From Frankiaceae bacterium (lineage in GTDB: Bacteria; Actinomycetota; Actinomycetes; JAFAQI01), in contig JAICMG010000001.1 in NCBI GenBank assembly GCA_025929365.1, positions 1,214 through 65,213 on the forward strand: a stretch of DNA of 64,000 nucleotides, given 5' to 3'. Every line of letters starts with the position of its first letter. Positions within the stretch are counted from its first letter, which is position 1. Position numbers and translations under genes: made by a program. This document shows positions 29,726-39,402 of the stretch, in pieces. Under the pieces are notes generated by a model. That model searched no databases. It was not told the origin of the DNA and was given only the letters and a program-made list of their open reading frames with translations.

Positions 29726-32488
29726 CTACTTGCGACCCAACGCCGCGGCGACCAACTCGGGTCGCGAGCTCAGGCCGAGCTTGGCGTAGATGTGGGTCAG
29801 GTGCGCATCGACGGTTCGCCGCGAGATGAACAGCCGACCCGCGATGGCGGCATTCCCGAGGCCCTCCGCGGCGAGCTCAACAACGCGAACCTCGGTCGGA
29901 GTCAGGCTCGGCCATCCCGCCGCCGGGCGCTTGCGCCTCCCGGTGCGCCGAGCGACGTTCTTGACCGCTTCCTCGATCGGGGTGCCGGCTCCTTGCGCCC
30001 ACGAGGTCTCGTACGCCGCGGGGCCGAGCCGTTGCCGGGCGGTCTCGAGCGCGTTGTCGGGGGGATCGGTCCAGCAACCGGCGACACCGGCGGTCCGCCG
30101 GTGTCGCGCCGCGGCGCCCGCCAGCCATACGGCGAAGCCGTCGTCTTCGTCGGCGACGGCCAGGACGGCAAGTAGCTCGAGCGCGTCGGCCGAGACGCCG
30201 TACATCCCGGTTCGGGCGGCCAGCGCCAAGGCGTCGACGGCGAGGCGTTCGGCCTGCTGCGGATCGTGATCCGCGTGAGCGATGGCGGCCGCAACGACGA
30301 GTGCGATGTCGCTCGCGAGGACACTGTCCCGCCGTCGCGCCAGCTCAAGCCCGACCTCGGCCGTCCTCCGGGCCGTCGCGACGTCGCCGAGCCGCCACTG
30401 CGCGCGCGCCATGATGGCGTAACCGCGACGTTTCCACGCCGCCGATACCCAAGGCCCGAAGACGTCAGCGGTCTCGATGGCTTGTTCGGCCGCGGCCACG
30501 GCGGCGCTGAAATCTCCGTCCATGAGGAGCGCGACCCCGCGAAAGCTGTGACCCGCGGCCATTGCGAAGTTGCGGCCTTGGGGCACGATGACCTCCCCGG
30601 TGGCGCAGGCCGCAAGCCCGCCCCTGACATCGCCTCGCCCGAAACGCGCCAACGCCAGGCAGCCCCAGGCGTTGGCCTCCAGATAGCGGTTCCCGGTTCG
30701 CGCGGACATCGCCTGTCCGACCTCGGCATGCTCCAGTGCCGCATCGAGATCGCCGGCACTGAGCTCGACGAGTGCAAGGCAGTTCCGGGCCTGGCCCCCG
30801 ACCACCAGGTCACTCCGCTGCCCGGTCAGGTCGCGGACCCCCAGCAAGGTCGGCCGCGCCGCTGCCGGACCGTCGGCCGTCAGCTGGAACCAACCCAGCT
30901 GGCACAGACACACGTGAAGGATCGGTGTGTCGCGCGTCTCGCGGGCGATCTCAATCGCCGCCTCCAGCTTCGGCCGCCCCGCTTCGAGATCGAGCCCTCC
31001 GAGCGTGAGGCCGATGCGGGCCAGACACCGACCCTCGAGCCGACGGTCGCGGGAGGCGACGGCGAGCTCAAGCGCCTGCTCGGCGTGGTCGTAGGCGATG
31101 GCATAGTCGCCGTGCATCTCTTCGAGCCAGGACAGAGCGAACATCCCGGCTGCGACCGCGGCGGGGTTGCAACCCTCCGAGACCGAGTCCACGACACGTT
31201 GCGTGATCGCGCGGCCTTCGACGAATCGGGCCCGACTGGTCCAATAGCCCCAGAGTTCGCCGACCAGGCGCAGAGCGTCGTCGACTCGCCCGGCGGCGAG
31301 GGCCCAATCCACAGCGGCGTAGATGTTTTCGCGCTCAGTCTCCACCAAGGTCAGCGCCGCGACCTGGTCTTGTTCCGACAGCAGCCAGGCTTGACTGACC
31401 AACTCGAGGAAGTGGTCGAGGTGACGATGCCTGACCACCTCCAGCTCCCCTGAAGCGGCCAGCTCCTCCGCGGCGAACTGTCGGATCGTCTCGAGCATCC
31501 GGTACCGACTGCGCGACGACGTCGCATCGACGACGAGAAGGGAACGGTCCGCCAGGCGCGCGAGCACATCGAGCAGCCCCGCGTCCTCCAGTGGCTCGAA
31601 CGCCGCCACCGACTTCGCGGCGGCCAAGTCGCAGCCGGCGACGAATACCGAGAGCCGGCGCAACAACGCTCGCTCCGCATCAGTGAGCAGGTCGTAGCTC
31701 CACCGGACCGAGCCCAGCAGCGTCTGCTGCCGCGGGATCGCCGTCCTCGCGCCGTGGCCAAGGAGCCGAAATCGGTCGGAGAGGCCGGCCGCGATCTCCT
31801 GCGGTGACAACACACCGAGGCGTCCGGCTGCGAGCTCGATCGCCAGCGGGATCCCGTCCAGCCGCCGGGCAATCTCACGCACCGATGGCTCATTGTCATC
31901 GGTCAGCCGAAACTCGGGACGCACGGCCTGCGCTCTGTCGACGAACAGCTGGAGAGCATCCGGGACTTCCTGGCCCTCGAGGGATGCCACACCAAGCGAG
32001 GGAACTCGGTACGTGGTCTCGCCCTCAACGCCGAGTGGTTCTCGGCTCGTCGCGAGCACGACGAGGTCGTCACAGCTCTGCAACAGGTCATGGACTGTCG
32101 CGGCGACCGCATCAACGACCTGCTCACAGTTGTCGAGGATCATCAGCAGCTGGCGCCCCGACAGGTGGACGGCCAGCGCGCTGCGAAGCTCGGCCCCGGG
32201 CGTCTCCATCACGCCCAACGCCGTGGCGATGCTGCGATCGACGACGTCTGCGGCGGTAGCGGAAGACAGGTCGACGAAGCACGCACCGTCGCGCCACCGC
32301 TCGCCGGATTCCCTTGCGAACCGAGTCGCCAGCCGTGTCTTCCCGCAGCCACCGGAGCCCACGACGGTGACGATGCGCCGAGAGTCGAGCAAGCCACCGA
32401 GCTCGGACAGCTCGCGTTTCCTGCCGACGAACGAGGTGAGCTCGTTGGGCAGGCTCACGGCCAGGGGCGACAGCCGGTCAGCGGTCAC
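29726..32488 (-). CDS. large ATP-binding LuxR-family regulator (LAL / STAND NTPase-TPR-LuxR)
   Basis: 920 aa. N-terminal P-loop VTVVGSGGCGKTRLA (NB-ARC/AAA-like), central helical/TPR-like repeats, C-terminal LuxR HTH (…EVRVVELAAEGLGNAAIAGRLFISRRTVDAHLTHIYAKLG…). Confidence 0.85.
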   Translation of the reverse strand: MTADRLSPLAVSLPNELTSFVGRKRELSELGGLLDSRRIVTVVGSGGCGKTRLATRFARESGERWRDGACFVDLSSATAADVVDRSIATALGVMETPGAELRSALAVHLSGRQLLMILDNCEQVVDAVAATVHDLLQSCDDLVVLATSREPLGVEGETTYRVPSLGVASLEGQEVPDALQLFVDRAQAVRPEFRLTDDNEPSVREIARRLDGIPLAIELAAGRLGVLSPQEIAAGLSDRFRLLGHGARTAIPRQQTLLGSVRWSYDLLTDAERALLRRLSVFVAGCDLAAAKSVAAFEPLEDAGLLDVLARLADRSLLVVDATSSRSRYRMLETIRQFAAEELAASGELEVVRHRHLDHFLELVSQAWLLSEQDQVAALTLVETERENIYAAVDWALAAGRVDDALRLVGELWGYWTSRARFVEGRAITQRVVDSVSEGCNPAAVAAGMFALSWLEEMHGDYAIAYDHAEQALELAVASRDRRLEGRCLARIGLTLGGLDLEAGRPKLEAAIEIARETRDTPILHVCLCQLGWFQLTADGPAAARPTLLGVRDLTGQRSDLVVGGQARNCLALVELSAGDLDAALEHAEVGQAMSARTGNRYLEANAWGCLALARFGRGDVRGGLAACATGEVIVPQGRNFAMAAGHSFRGVALLMDGDFSAAVAAAEQAIETADVFGPWVSAAWKRRGYAIMARAQWRLGDVATARRTAEVGLELARRRDSVLASDIALVVAAAIAHADHDPQQAERLAVDALALAARTGMYGVSADALELLAVLAVADEDDGFAVWLAGAAARHRRTAGVAGCWTDPPDNALETARQRLGPAAYETSWAQGAGTPIEEAVKNVARRTGRRKRPAAGWPSLTPTEVRVVELAAEGLGNAAIAGRLFISRRTVDAHLTHIYAKLGLSSRPELVAAALGRK

Positions 32489-32536
32489 GCCCGTCAGTGT
32501 GCACGCTGCCCCGACCGCATGCCCGCTGCCGCCGCG

Positions 32537-35245
32537 TCAGTCCGCGGTGTCGTCGCGGTCGGCCGTGTCATCGGTGCTCGCGTCAGGTCCTGGTGGCGGC
32601 GGCTGCGAGCCCTCGCCGTGCACCGCGTGCCAGAGGATCGCGTCGAGCACTCGTTGCGGCATCTGGTCCGGCACGGAGAAGTCGAGCGCAGCCGAACGCG
32701 CCGCGTCCGGGCTCAGCGCGGTGTTGAGCGCCGACCGGCTCTGCGGCGGAACAATCGCCGTGTACGGCGCGAGGTTCACCGGACTCGGGCTGAACACGTC
32801 GTACATCGGCGTCGCCAGCCGGTCGAAGAGCCCCAGCGGCTTCATGCCGAGGATCAGCTCGATCGACCGGATCACCGACAGGAAGTCGTAGCGCGTGTGC
32901 ACGATCGCGCCGGCCGGCGCATACGGGCTGATCACCGCCGCCGGAATCCGGTGCGCGTCGACGTGGTCGGCGCCGTCCTGCGAGTCGTCCTCGATGACGA
33001 AGATGGCTGACGAGCGCCAGATCGAGGAATGCGAGATCAGGTCGACCATCTGGCCGAGTCCGTAGTCGTTGTCGGCGATCATGGCCTGCGGCGTCCGTTT
33101 GCCGGGCGTCGTACCCACCGTGTGGTCGTTGGCGAGCACGACGTAGTTGAACGCCGGCACGGTCCCGGTCGCCAGCTGCGCGTTGAACCGGGTCTGGAAG
33201 CAGTCGAAGCGCGACTCCGCGGTCGGCGAGGCCCCGGCCGGCGGCGTTGCGTCGTAGACCGGTTGTTTGGTCACCGCGTCGGTCTCGATGTCCGCGTCGT
33301 TCGGGTAGCACTGCCCGGCGGGTGTCGCCCCAACCCCGATCTTCGTGCCGGCACCCAGGTCGGAGTGGGCGAACTTCGCCGCCACCTCAGCGGTCATCGC
33401 GGCGGTGCGGTCCTTGTCGGTCAGCGGGACGACGCCGGCGATCGCCTCGCCGTAGTTGAAGTAGCTGATTCCCTGCTTCTGCGCCTGGTCGAACAGGAAC
33501 CCCGTCGATGGCCAGGTCACGGAGTACACACCGAAGTCGTACGGCCGACCGCGCGCCGCGTAGTTCTGATACCAGTTCTTCTGCACGTAGTCGGACACCG
33601 AGCCGGCACTCGTCCAGAAGTGCCCGTCGATCGAGGCTTCGCTGTCGGCGTAGACGTGGTCGACCAACGGGAAGCGGTTCACCAGCGCGTGGATGTTCGG
33701 CGTGACCGATGGCCCGAAGAGCTCGAGCTTCGGGTCGCTGTCGCCACGGCCGAGATCACCGAGGATCTGGTCGTAGGTGCGGTTCTCGCGGACGATGTAG
33801 AAGACGTGCTTGATCGGTCCGCCCGGTCGAAGCGGAGTGCCGGCCGGTGCGGCCTCGTGGTTGACGGGCCGCAGCGAAGCGTCGGCTCGGTGGGTGTCGC
33901 GCCGCAGCGCCGTCGCGCCGGGCCGGGCCAGCACCCCGACCGCTCCGTCGACGATCGACGGCAGATAGCTGAACGTGTTGATCGCGTTGTCGCTGTCGTC
34001 GGGGCTCAACGGGTCGGGACCATGGCGGTTGGGACCGACGCCACGGTTCTTGGCGGACAGGTACACGACTTTCGTCTTCGTCGTCGCGACGTCGGTCGGG
34101 AACTCGGCCGTGGGAATGCGGCCGATCAGCCGCAGCCCGGGCGCCCGGCGGGTGTGACCGAACACGGCGAGGTCGTCGGCGCCCTCCTCAGCCACGTACA
34201 GCCGGGTTCCGTCCGGTGTCATCGACAGCCCGACCGGCGACACTCCGAGCCCGGACCCGTGGTCGACCGACACGGACCCGACCATCGCAAGCTTGTTCGT
34301 GTCGAGGATCGCGACTTGGTCGGAGTTGGTGACGCTGACGTACGCCCGCGCCCGCTTCGGGTCAAGGACGATCGACTCCGGGTGCGAGAGGTCCGGCCCG
34401 ACGCGGATCGTCTTCGTGACGCGTGCCGACGCCAGGTCGATCACGGAGACCGTGCCGGCGGCTTCGTTCGACACGAGGCCCGTGCGGCCACCCCGAAGGA
34501 TCGCCGCGCCGTACGGGTAGTGACCGACCGCGACGTCCGTCACCGCGCCGCTATGGGTGTCGACAACTGCCGCGTGGTCAGCGAGATTGAGGGGGACGAG
34601 CAGTCGGCGCCCGTCCGGGGAGACCGCGAGCCGGTCGGGCCAGGCCAGCCGCTGCGTGTTGGTCGGCGGGAAGTTCTCCGGCGGACCTTCGAAGCCCGGG
34701 ACGTCCACGACGCCCTGCGGAATCGGTGAACCGGCAGGTGGGGGCACCGCGATCAGCCGCCGGAACGCGGCGTGGCCGGTCCGGCCGCTGTACCGGAACA
34801 CCCAGACGACGTCGCCTGAACGACCGGGCAGATGGGGCCGCTGCTGGTCGAGGTGCGCGGAGTCCGCGACGCCGGAGACATAGGCAAGGTGTGCCGTCGG
34901 ATCCATCGCGATCCCACCGGAGGCGCCAGGCATCGGCACGTTCTGGATCACCCGGCCGTCCCGCACCCGCACGATCCGGATGTCGTTGAAGCCGCGCCCG
35001 GTGTCGACGGCCCAGTAGAAGCGGCCATCCGGCGTCAACGCCCCGCCGGTCGGGAAGTTGCCCACCTTCGTCAGGCGACCGGCCGGGTGCAGCACCCGCC
35101 CGTCAGGAAGGACGCCCGCCTTGGGACCGATCACGCCGACCGAGCGCCCGGACACCCCAGCCATGGCGACGCCCGAGCCGACCAACGCGACGATCGCCAA
35201 CGCTCCGGCCCACGGTCGGAGAACTTGCATGCGTCTCAACCCCAT
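32537..35245 (-). CDS. secreted beta-propeller (YVTN/lactonase-type repeats) fused to a phosphoesterase (PLC/AcpA family) domain
   Basis: 902 aa. N-terminal signal peptide. Residues ~40-400 carry repeated …DGRRLYVA…/…AYVSVTNSDQVAILD… propeller blades. Residues ~470-850 carry phosphoesterase motifs (HVFYIVRENRTYDQILGDL, VVLANDHTVG, FVIEDDSQDGADHVDAHR). Confidence 0.8.
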   Translation of the reverse strand: MGLRRMQVLRPWAGALAIVALVGSGVAMAGVSGRSVGVIGPKAGVLPDGRVLHPAGRLTKVGNFPTGGALTPDGRFYWAVDTGRGFNDIRIVRVRDGRVIQNVPMPGASGGIAMDPTAHLAYVSGVADSAHLDQQRPHLPGRSGDVVWVFRYSGRTGHAAFRRLIAVPPPAGSPIPQGVVDVPGFEGPPENFPPTNTQRLAWPDRLAVSPDGRRLLVPLNLADHAAVVDTHSGAVTDVAVGHYPYGAAILRGGRTGLVSNEAAGTVSVIDLASARVTKTIRVGPDLSHPESIVLDPKRARAYVSVTNSDQVAILDTNKLAMVGSVSVDHGSGLGVSPVGLSMTPDGTRLYVAEEGADDLAVFGHTRRAPGLRLIGRIPTAEFPTDVATTKTKVVYLSAKNRGVGPNRHGPDPLSPDDSDNAINTFSYLPSIVDGAVGVLARPGATALRRDTHRADASLRPVNHEAAPAGTPLRPGGPIKHVFYIVRENRTYDQILGDLGRGDSDPKLELFGPSVTPNIHALVNRFPLVDHVYADSEASIDGHFWTSAGSVSDYVQKNWYQNYAARGRPYDFGVYSVTWPSTGFLFDQAQKQGISYFNYGEAIAGVVPLTDKDRTAAMTAEVAAKFAHSDLGAGTKIGVGATPAGQCYPNDADIETDAVTKQPVYDATPPAGASPTAESRFDCFQTRFNAQLATGTVPAFNYVVLANDHTVGTTPGKRTPQAMIADNDYGLGQMVDLISHSSIWRSSAIFVIEDDSQDGADHVDAHRIPAAVISPYAPAGAIVHTRYDFLSVIRSIELILGMKPLGLFDRLATPMYDVFSPSPVNLAPYTAIVPPQSRSALNTALSPDAARSAALDFSVPDQMPQRVLDAILWHAVHGEGSQPPPPGPDASTDDTADRDDTAD

Positions 35246-35247
35246 TG

Positions 35248-36072
35248 CTAGTGCCGAGGCACCATCGGTACCTCGGACGCGAGCGCCGTCACGGTCACGA
35301 TGCCAACCGGCCCCGCAGCATCGACCATCACTGCCGAGCCGACGGACACCCCGTCCGCCCCCTGGCGGTCGCTTGCCGCCATACCGATCATCGTCCCTCG
35401 CGGGAGCCGCGAGAGGAGCAGGGTCACATCGGAGTTCACGAACTGGAGGCCGTTGCTTCCCCAGTTGGTCAGCGGGTTGGCTACATCCGCGACCGCGGCC
35501 GCCCGGACGAACGGCGAGGTCTCCTCACCGTCGACGAGCTGGGCGTCGAAGTCGTACCAGACGTATTTCTCCTGGCTGGCATCCCGCCAGGGCTCGAAGT
35601 CACGCGCCGCCAACGCCCTGGATCCGACGTACGGCTTCGGTCCGAACGCCGGTGTCTCACCCGGCTCGGGCGGCGGCGGCATCTTCACCGCCCGGCCCCA
35701 TACGTCGCCCGAAGGCGGCTCGGATCGCCGCGTGAACACCCCTCGGCCATGGGCGACGTTTCGCCCGGCCTGGGTGATCGTCACGTCGACCAGGCGCAGC
35801 CGGCGTCCCTCCCGCAACACGGTCGCCTCGGTGCGGAGCTCGTCGAGCAACGCCATCCGCACCATGTCGACGGTCAACCGGGTGGCGAGGAAATCCGCGT
35901 CACCCGCGGCCTGCTCAGCGGCGTACCCCACGAGCCCCGAGACCACGAGTCCGCTGACGGTCGTCGGACCCCACGGCCCGACAGCCTGCGGCGTGGGCTT
36001 GAAGGTGTCCTCGTCGAGCCGCGTCAGGAAGGTACGGCGATCGGTCACCTGCACATCCTGCCGGTCGGCCAC
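35248..36072 (-). CDS. acyl-CoA thioesterase (TesB-like, double hotdog)
   Basis: 274 aa, consistent with acyl-CoA thioesterase II architecture. Lies 2 nt upstream of the phosphoesterase gene. Confidence 0.7.
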   Translation of the reverse strand: MADRQDVQVTDRRTFLTRLDEDTFKPTPQAVGPWGPTTVSGLVVSGLVGYAAEQAAGDADFLATRLTVDMVRMALLDELRTEATVLREGRRLRLVDVTITQAGRNVAHGRGVFTRRSEPPSGDVWGRAVKMPPPPEPGETPAFGPKPYVGSRALAARDFEPWRDASQEKYVWYDFDAQLVDGEETSPFVRAAAVADVANPLTNWGSNGLQFVNSDVTLLLSRLPRGTMIGMAASDRQGADGVSVGSAVMVDAAGPVGIVTVTALASEVPMVPRH

Positions 36073-36133
36073 CCCGCCCCGCCCACCCCGCCCTTAGGTG
36101 ACACGGGCGTCATAGAACATGCAATAGTGATTC

Positions 36134-37369
36134 GTGACTGAAGCGGATGCGACCCTCAACGCCGCGATCCCCGAGGCCGGCCTGGGCGAGCGGCAGGCCA
36201 CCGAGGACATGACGGCGCTCCTCGACTTCTCCTCGCCCCACTCCCGGTTCCGGAGCCTCACCGAGTCCGGCGGCTACCTCGTGCCGATGGAAGGCATGGC
36301 GATGCAGTTCGATCGCGAGTCGATCGAGTTCGTCCTGCACAATCCAGAGCTCTTCTCCTCGCGGATCGACCTCGGGCTGGGCAACGTCCGGCCGCTGATC
36401 CCGCTCAACGTCGACCCACCGCAGCACTCGAACTTCCGGCGGCTGCTCGATCCGTTGTTCTCGCCGAAGAAGATGACGGCGTATGAGCCGGACATCGCCC
36501 GACGCGCGAACACCCTCATCGACACCTTCATCGATAACGGCGGCTGCAACTTCTCCGACGACTTCGCCGATGTGCTCCCGAGCACCATCTTCCTGGACCT
36601 GACCGGCCTGCCGGAGGAGCGGCTCGACGAGTTCCTCCACCTGCGTGACGGCATCCTGCACCCGGAGAAGCACGACGAGCTCGCCGCCTTCGATCCCGAG
36701 GTACGCACTCGCGTGCTCTTCGGCACCGGCGAGAAGATCTACGCGCTGTTCACCGAGCTCATCAACGAACGCCGCAGGCAGCCGGGCGACGACGTCATCT
36801 CGCAGTTTCTCGCTGCCGAGGTCGACGGCGCCCGACTCACCCACGACGAGATCCTCGACATCCTGTTCCTGTTCCTGATCGCGGGCCTCGACACGGTCAG
36901 CGACACGCTCACCTGCATGTACGCGTTCCTCGCCCGCAACCCCGACCACCGCAAGCAGATCGTCAACGACCCGGACTGCCTCGACAACGCCGTCGAGGAG
37001 ATGCTGCGCTGGGAGGCACCGGTCCCGTTCTCCTCGCCGCGGTCGGCGACCCAGGACGTCACCCTTCCCAACGGCTGCCCGGTCACCGCCGGATCGATGG
37101 TGCTGTGTGCCTACGGCTCGGCCAACGTCGACCCCACGGAGTACCCGGACGCCCACGAGGTCCGCTTCGATCGCACCCGCAACCGCCACATCACCTTCGG
37201 GATGGGTCCCCACCGCTGCCTCGGGTCACACCTCGCCCGGCGGGAGCTGCGCGTCACCCTGCGGGAGTGGCACCGGCGCATTCCTGAGTACTGGCTGACT
37301 CCGGGCCACGAGGACCTCGTCTACCCGCCCGGCCTTCGGCACGTGAAGGACCTGATGCTCAGCTGGTGA
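36134..37369 (+). CDS. cytochrome P450
   Basis: Heme-binding loop FGMGPHRCLG, I-helix AGLDTVSD, ExxR motif (EEMLRW). Confidence 0.93.
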   Translation: MTEADATLNAAIPEAGLGERQATEDMTALLDFSSPHSRFRSLTESGGYLVPMEGMAMQFDRESIEFVLHNPELFSSRIDLGLGNVRPLIPLNVDPPQHSNFRRLLDPLFSPKKMTAYEPDIARRANTLIDTFIDNGGCNFSDDFADVLPSTIFLDLTGLPEERLDEFLHLRDGILHPEKHDELAAFDPEVRTRVLFGTGEKIYALFTELINERRRQPGDDVISQFLAAEVDGARLTHDEILDILFLFLIAGLDTVSDTLTCMYAFLARNPDHRKQIVNDPDCLDNAVEEMLRWEAPVPFSSPRSATQDVTLPNGCPVTAGSMVLCAYGSANVDPTEYPDAHEVRFDRTRNRHITFGMGPHRCLGSHLARRELRVTLREWHRRIPEYWLTPGHEDLVYPPGLRHVKDLMLSW

Positions 37370-37379
37370 GGCGCGAGCG

Positions 37380-38189
37380 TCATCCGCTGCGCTGGATCAG
37401 GTAGCCGACGTCACCCATGGCCACCAGCGGTCTGTGCACCGCGAGGATGCAGACATCGTCTGGCGCCTCCACCGGGTCGTGCGGGAGGCGGCGCAGCACC
37501 CGGTCGACCAGGCGCTCGAGCGCGGCCTGGCTCAACGCCGGCACATAGATCTCCTCGACGACTGCTCGTAGCCCCGCCATCTGGTCGCCGAGATCGAGGC
37601 CGGGCCGCTCGATCAAACCGTCGCTGTAAGCGAGGAGCAGCCCTCCCGGCGCGAGGCGCACCCGGTCGACCAGCACATGCCGATCGACGAACCCGCTGCC
37701 CAACGGCGGTGCGCTCGCGGCTGACAGCAGATGAGCAGGGTCGTCCACCCCCGCGAAGACCGGCGGCGGGTGGCCGGCGCTCGCGTACTCCAGCCAGTCG
37801 GTCCTGCGGTCGTGGATTCCGAGCCACAGCGTCGCGAGCTCCTCCGGGCCCCGACTGCACTGCAGCACGTCCAGCAGCCGAGCGATCTCGACGACCGAGA
37901 GCCCGTCCATCGCCAAGGCGCGGTTCTCGGCGCGGAGCACGTGCATGCGGCCGGCCGCCTCGACGCCATGACCGACGACATCACCGACCGCGATCAACGT
38001 CCGGTCCTCGTCCAGAGCGACTACGTCGAAGAAGTCTCCCGCGATCGGCTCGCCCCGCAGTCCCGACGGGAAGCAGCGGCCGGCTGTCGCCATCTCGGTC
38101 GAGCGGCGCGCAACCGCGAAACCGGAGGCGGGTTCTTCTACGTCGCGCGAGCTCGTCGCCACGATCGGCTCGCGAGCAGCATCAGCCAC
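37380..38189 (-). CDS. PP2C-family (PPM) serine/threonine phosphatase, RsbU/SpoIIE-like
   Basis: Motifs GDFFDVV, AVGDVVGHG, LLLAYSDGL and ILAV. GTG start at 38189 overlaps the stop of the upstream membrane ORF (GTGGCTGA). The 40 N-terminal residues of ORF 37380..38309 are out of character and not used. Confidence 0.82.
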   Translation of the reverse strand: MADAAREPIVATSSRDVEEPASGFAVARRSTEMATAGRCFPSGLRGEPIAGDFFDVVALDEDRTLIAVGDVVGHGVEAAGRMHVLRAENRALAMDGLSVVEIARLLDVLQCSRGPEELATLWLGIHDRRTDWLEYASAGHPPPVFAGVDDPAHLLSAASAPPLGSGFVDRHVLVDRVRLAPGGLLLAYSDGLIERPGLDLGDQMAGLRAVVEEIYVPALSQAALERLVDRVLRRLPHDPVEAPDDVCILAVHRPLVAMGDVGYLIQRSG

Positions 38190-38499
38190 CAATCGCCCCG
38201 GTGGTTCGTTGCCGTGTGCCCAAGGCGCTGTCCGTGAAGTCGACCCGGTCCAGCTCGAGCTGTTCAGCCTCGAAGCGGTCGCGCCGGCTGTTCGCGATGG
38301 AGAAGCCAAGCCCGAGCGCCATCACCACGACGGCGACGACCCAAAGGACGTGCCAGGCGAAACCGACGATGCCCATGACGAAAGCAATGCCGAGGACACT
38401 GGTCAGGACGACGTTCGGTGCCTTCTTCTGGCGGAGGGCTCGGGTCAGCCGGTCGTCGGACCCAGGATTCGAAACGTCGTGCCGCAATCTGGTTGTCAT
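38182..38499 (-). CDS. small two-TM membrane protein, translationally coupled to the PP2C phosphatase
   Basis: 105 aa. High GC3. Two hydrophobic helices (VVLTSVLGIAFVMGIVGFAWHVLWVVAVVVMALGLGF). Confidence 0.6.
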   Translation of the reverse strand: MTTRLRHDVSNPGSDDRLTRALRQKKAPNVVLTSVLGIAFVMGIVGFAWHVLWVVAVVVMALGLGFSIANSRRDRFEAEQLELDRVDFTDSALGTRQRTTGAIGG

Positions 38500-38701
38500 T
38501 GATGGTCCTCAACGCCGGTGCTACGAAGCGGCGAGGGAGCACGAGGTCCGGACAGACCCAGGCGCGCAGAACTTCCTTATTGTCGCACGAGACGCCCGCG
38601 GAAGCGACTGTGCGAGACTGGCAATACCAAACGCGTGTGAGCCGTGTACGGACCCCGCATCTCGCCGCTTCCCTTCTGATGCCTCCCGAGGCGGCGACAG
38701 C

Positions 38702-39400
38702 GTGCCCGACCCTGCCGATCCCGTCGACGCCGCGCCAGGCGTCGCTCAGGCGGAGCGGCTGTGCCGTGAAGCCATCAGCGCGGTCGACGTGGACGGCGCG
38801 GGGCTGTCGATGATGACCTCCGCAGGACACCGCGGAACGGTGTGCGCCACGGACGATGTTGCGCGCCGCGTGGAGGATCTGCAGTTCGCGCTTGGCGAAG
38901 GACCTTGCTTCGACGCGTTCACCGGCGGTGGCCCGGTGCTCATTGCGGACATGAACGTCGCGCTGGGCGCCGAAGGGGCGCGCTGGCCCGTCTTCACGGA
39001 GGCCGTCGCCGCGGCAGGGGTCGGCGCGCTGTTCGCCTTCCCGCTGCTGATCGGCGCCATCCCGCTCGGCGCACTCGATCTCTACCGCCGGCGGGCCGAA
39101 GGCCTTACTCCCGTCGAGCTGCGGGCCGCATGGCGGATCGCGGACGCCGCCGCAGACGCCTTGCTCGACGTGCGCTCCGGAACCGCGATGGACCTTCCTG
39201 CCGACGCTGCGCCCGCCGGCGCGTCGTACCGCCTCGAAGTCCACCAGGCCACCGGCATGGTGTCGGTGCAGCTCGGCGTGCCCATCGACGAGGCCTTCCT
39301 GCGGCTTCGCGCCTACGCCTACTCCCGAGAACGCAACATCGACGACGTCGCGCGCGACGTCGTCGCGGGGCGCCTACAGTTGTTGCCGGAAGAGGACTGA
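38702..39400 (+). CDS. GAF-ANTAR RNA-binding regulator (paralog 1)
   Basis: GAF-like N-terminal region (…FALGEGPCFDAFTGGGPVLIAD…) and C-terminal ANTAR helix set (…HQATGMVSVQLGVPIDEAFLRLRAYAYSRERNIDDVARDVV…). GTG at 38702. The upstream 330 codons of the track ORF are antisense junk. Confidence 0.82.
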   Translation: MPDPADPVDAAPGVAQAERLCREAISAVDVDGAGLSMMTSAGHRGTVCATDDVARRVEDLQFALGEGPCFDAFTGGGPVLIADMNVALGAEGARWPVFTEAVAAAGVGALFAFPLLIGAIPLGALDLYRRRAEGLTPVELRAAWRIADAAADALLDVRSGTAMDLPADAAPAGASYRLEVHQATGMVSVQLGVPIDEAFLRLRAYAYSRERNIDDVARDVVAGRLQLLPEED

Positions 39401-39402
39401 CC

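Noticed and set aside
29726-32488. Avs/antiviral-STAND defence protein
   Set aside because: The P-loop NTPase plus TPR-like architecture resembles STAND immune proteins, but the C-terminal domain is a canonical LuxR HTH rather than a nuclease or other effector. It is more parsimoniously a MalT/LAL-type regulator.
38189-38309. Possible frameshift joining the two-TM ORF to the PP2C ORF (N-terminal extension MASPSRTAGATASRLN…)
   Set aside because: The 40-aa extension is S/T/A/R-rich off-frame-like sequence. A GTG start overlapping the upstream stop (GTGGCTGA) gives a cleaner two-gene coupled model. The fused pseudogene reading was therefore not adopted, but resequencing could revisit it.
37709-38701. 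5' 330 codons of the 563-aa plus-strand ORF
   Set aside because: They are antisense to the PP2C and membrane-protein genes. Only the in-frame C-terminal 232 aa (GAF-ANTAR) look genuine.
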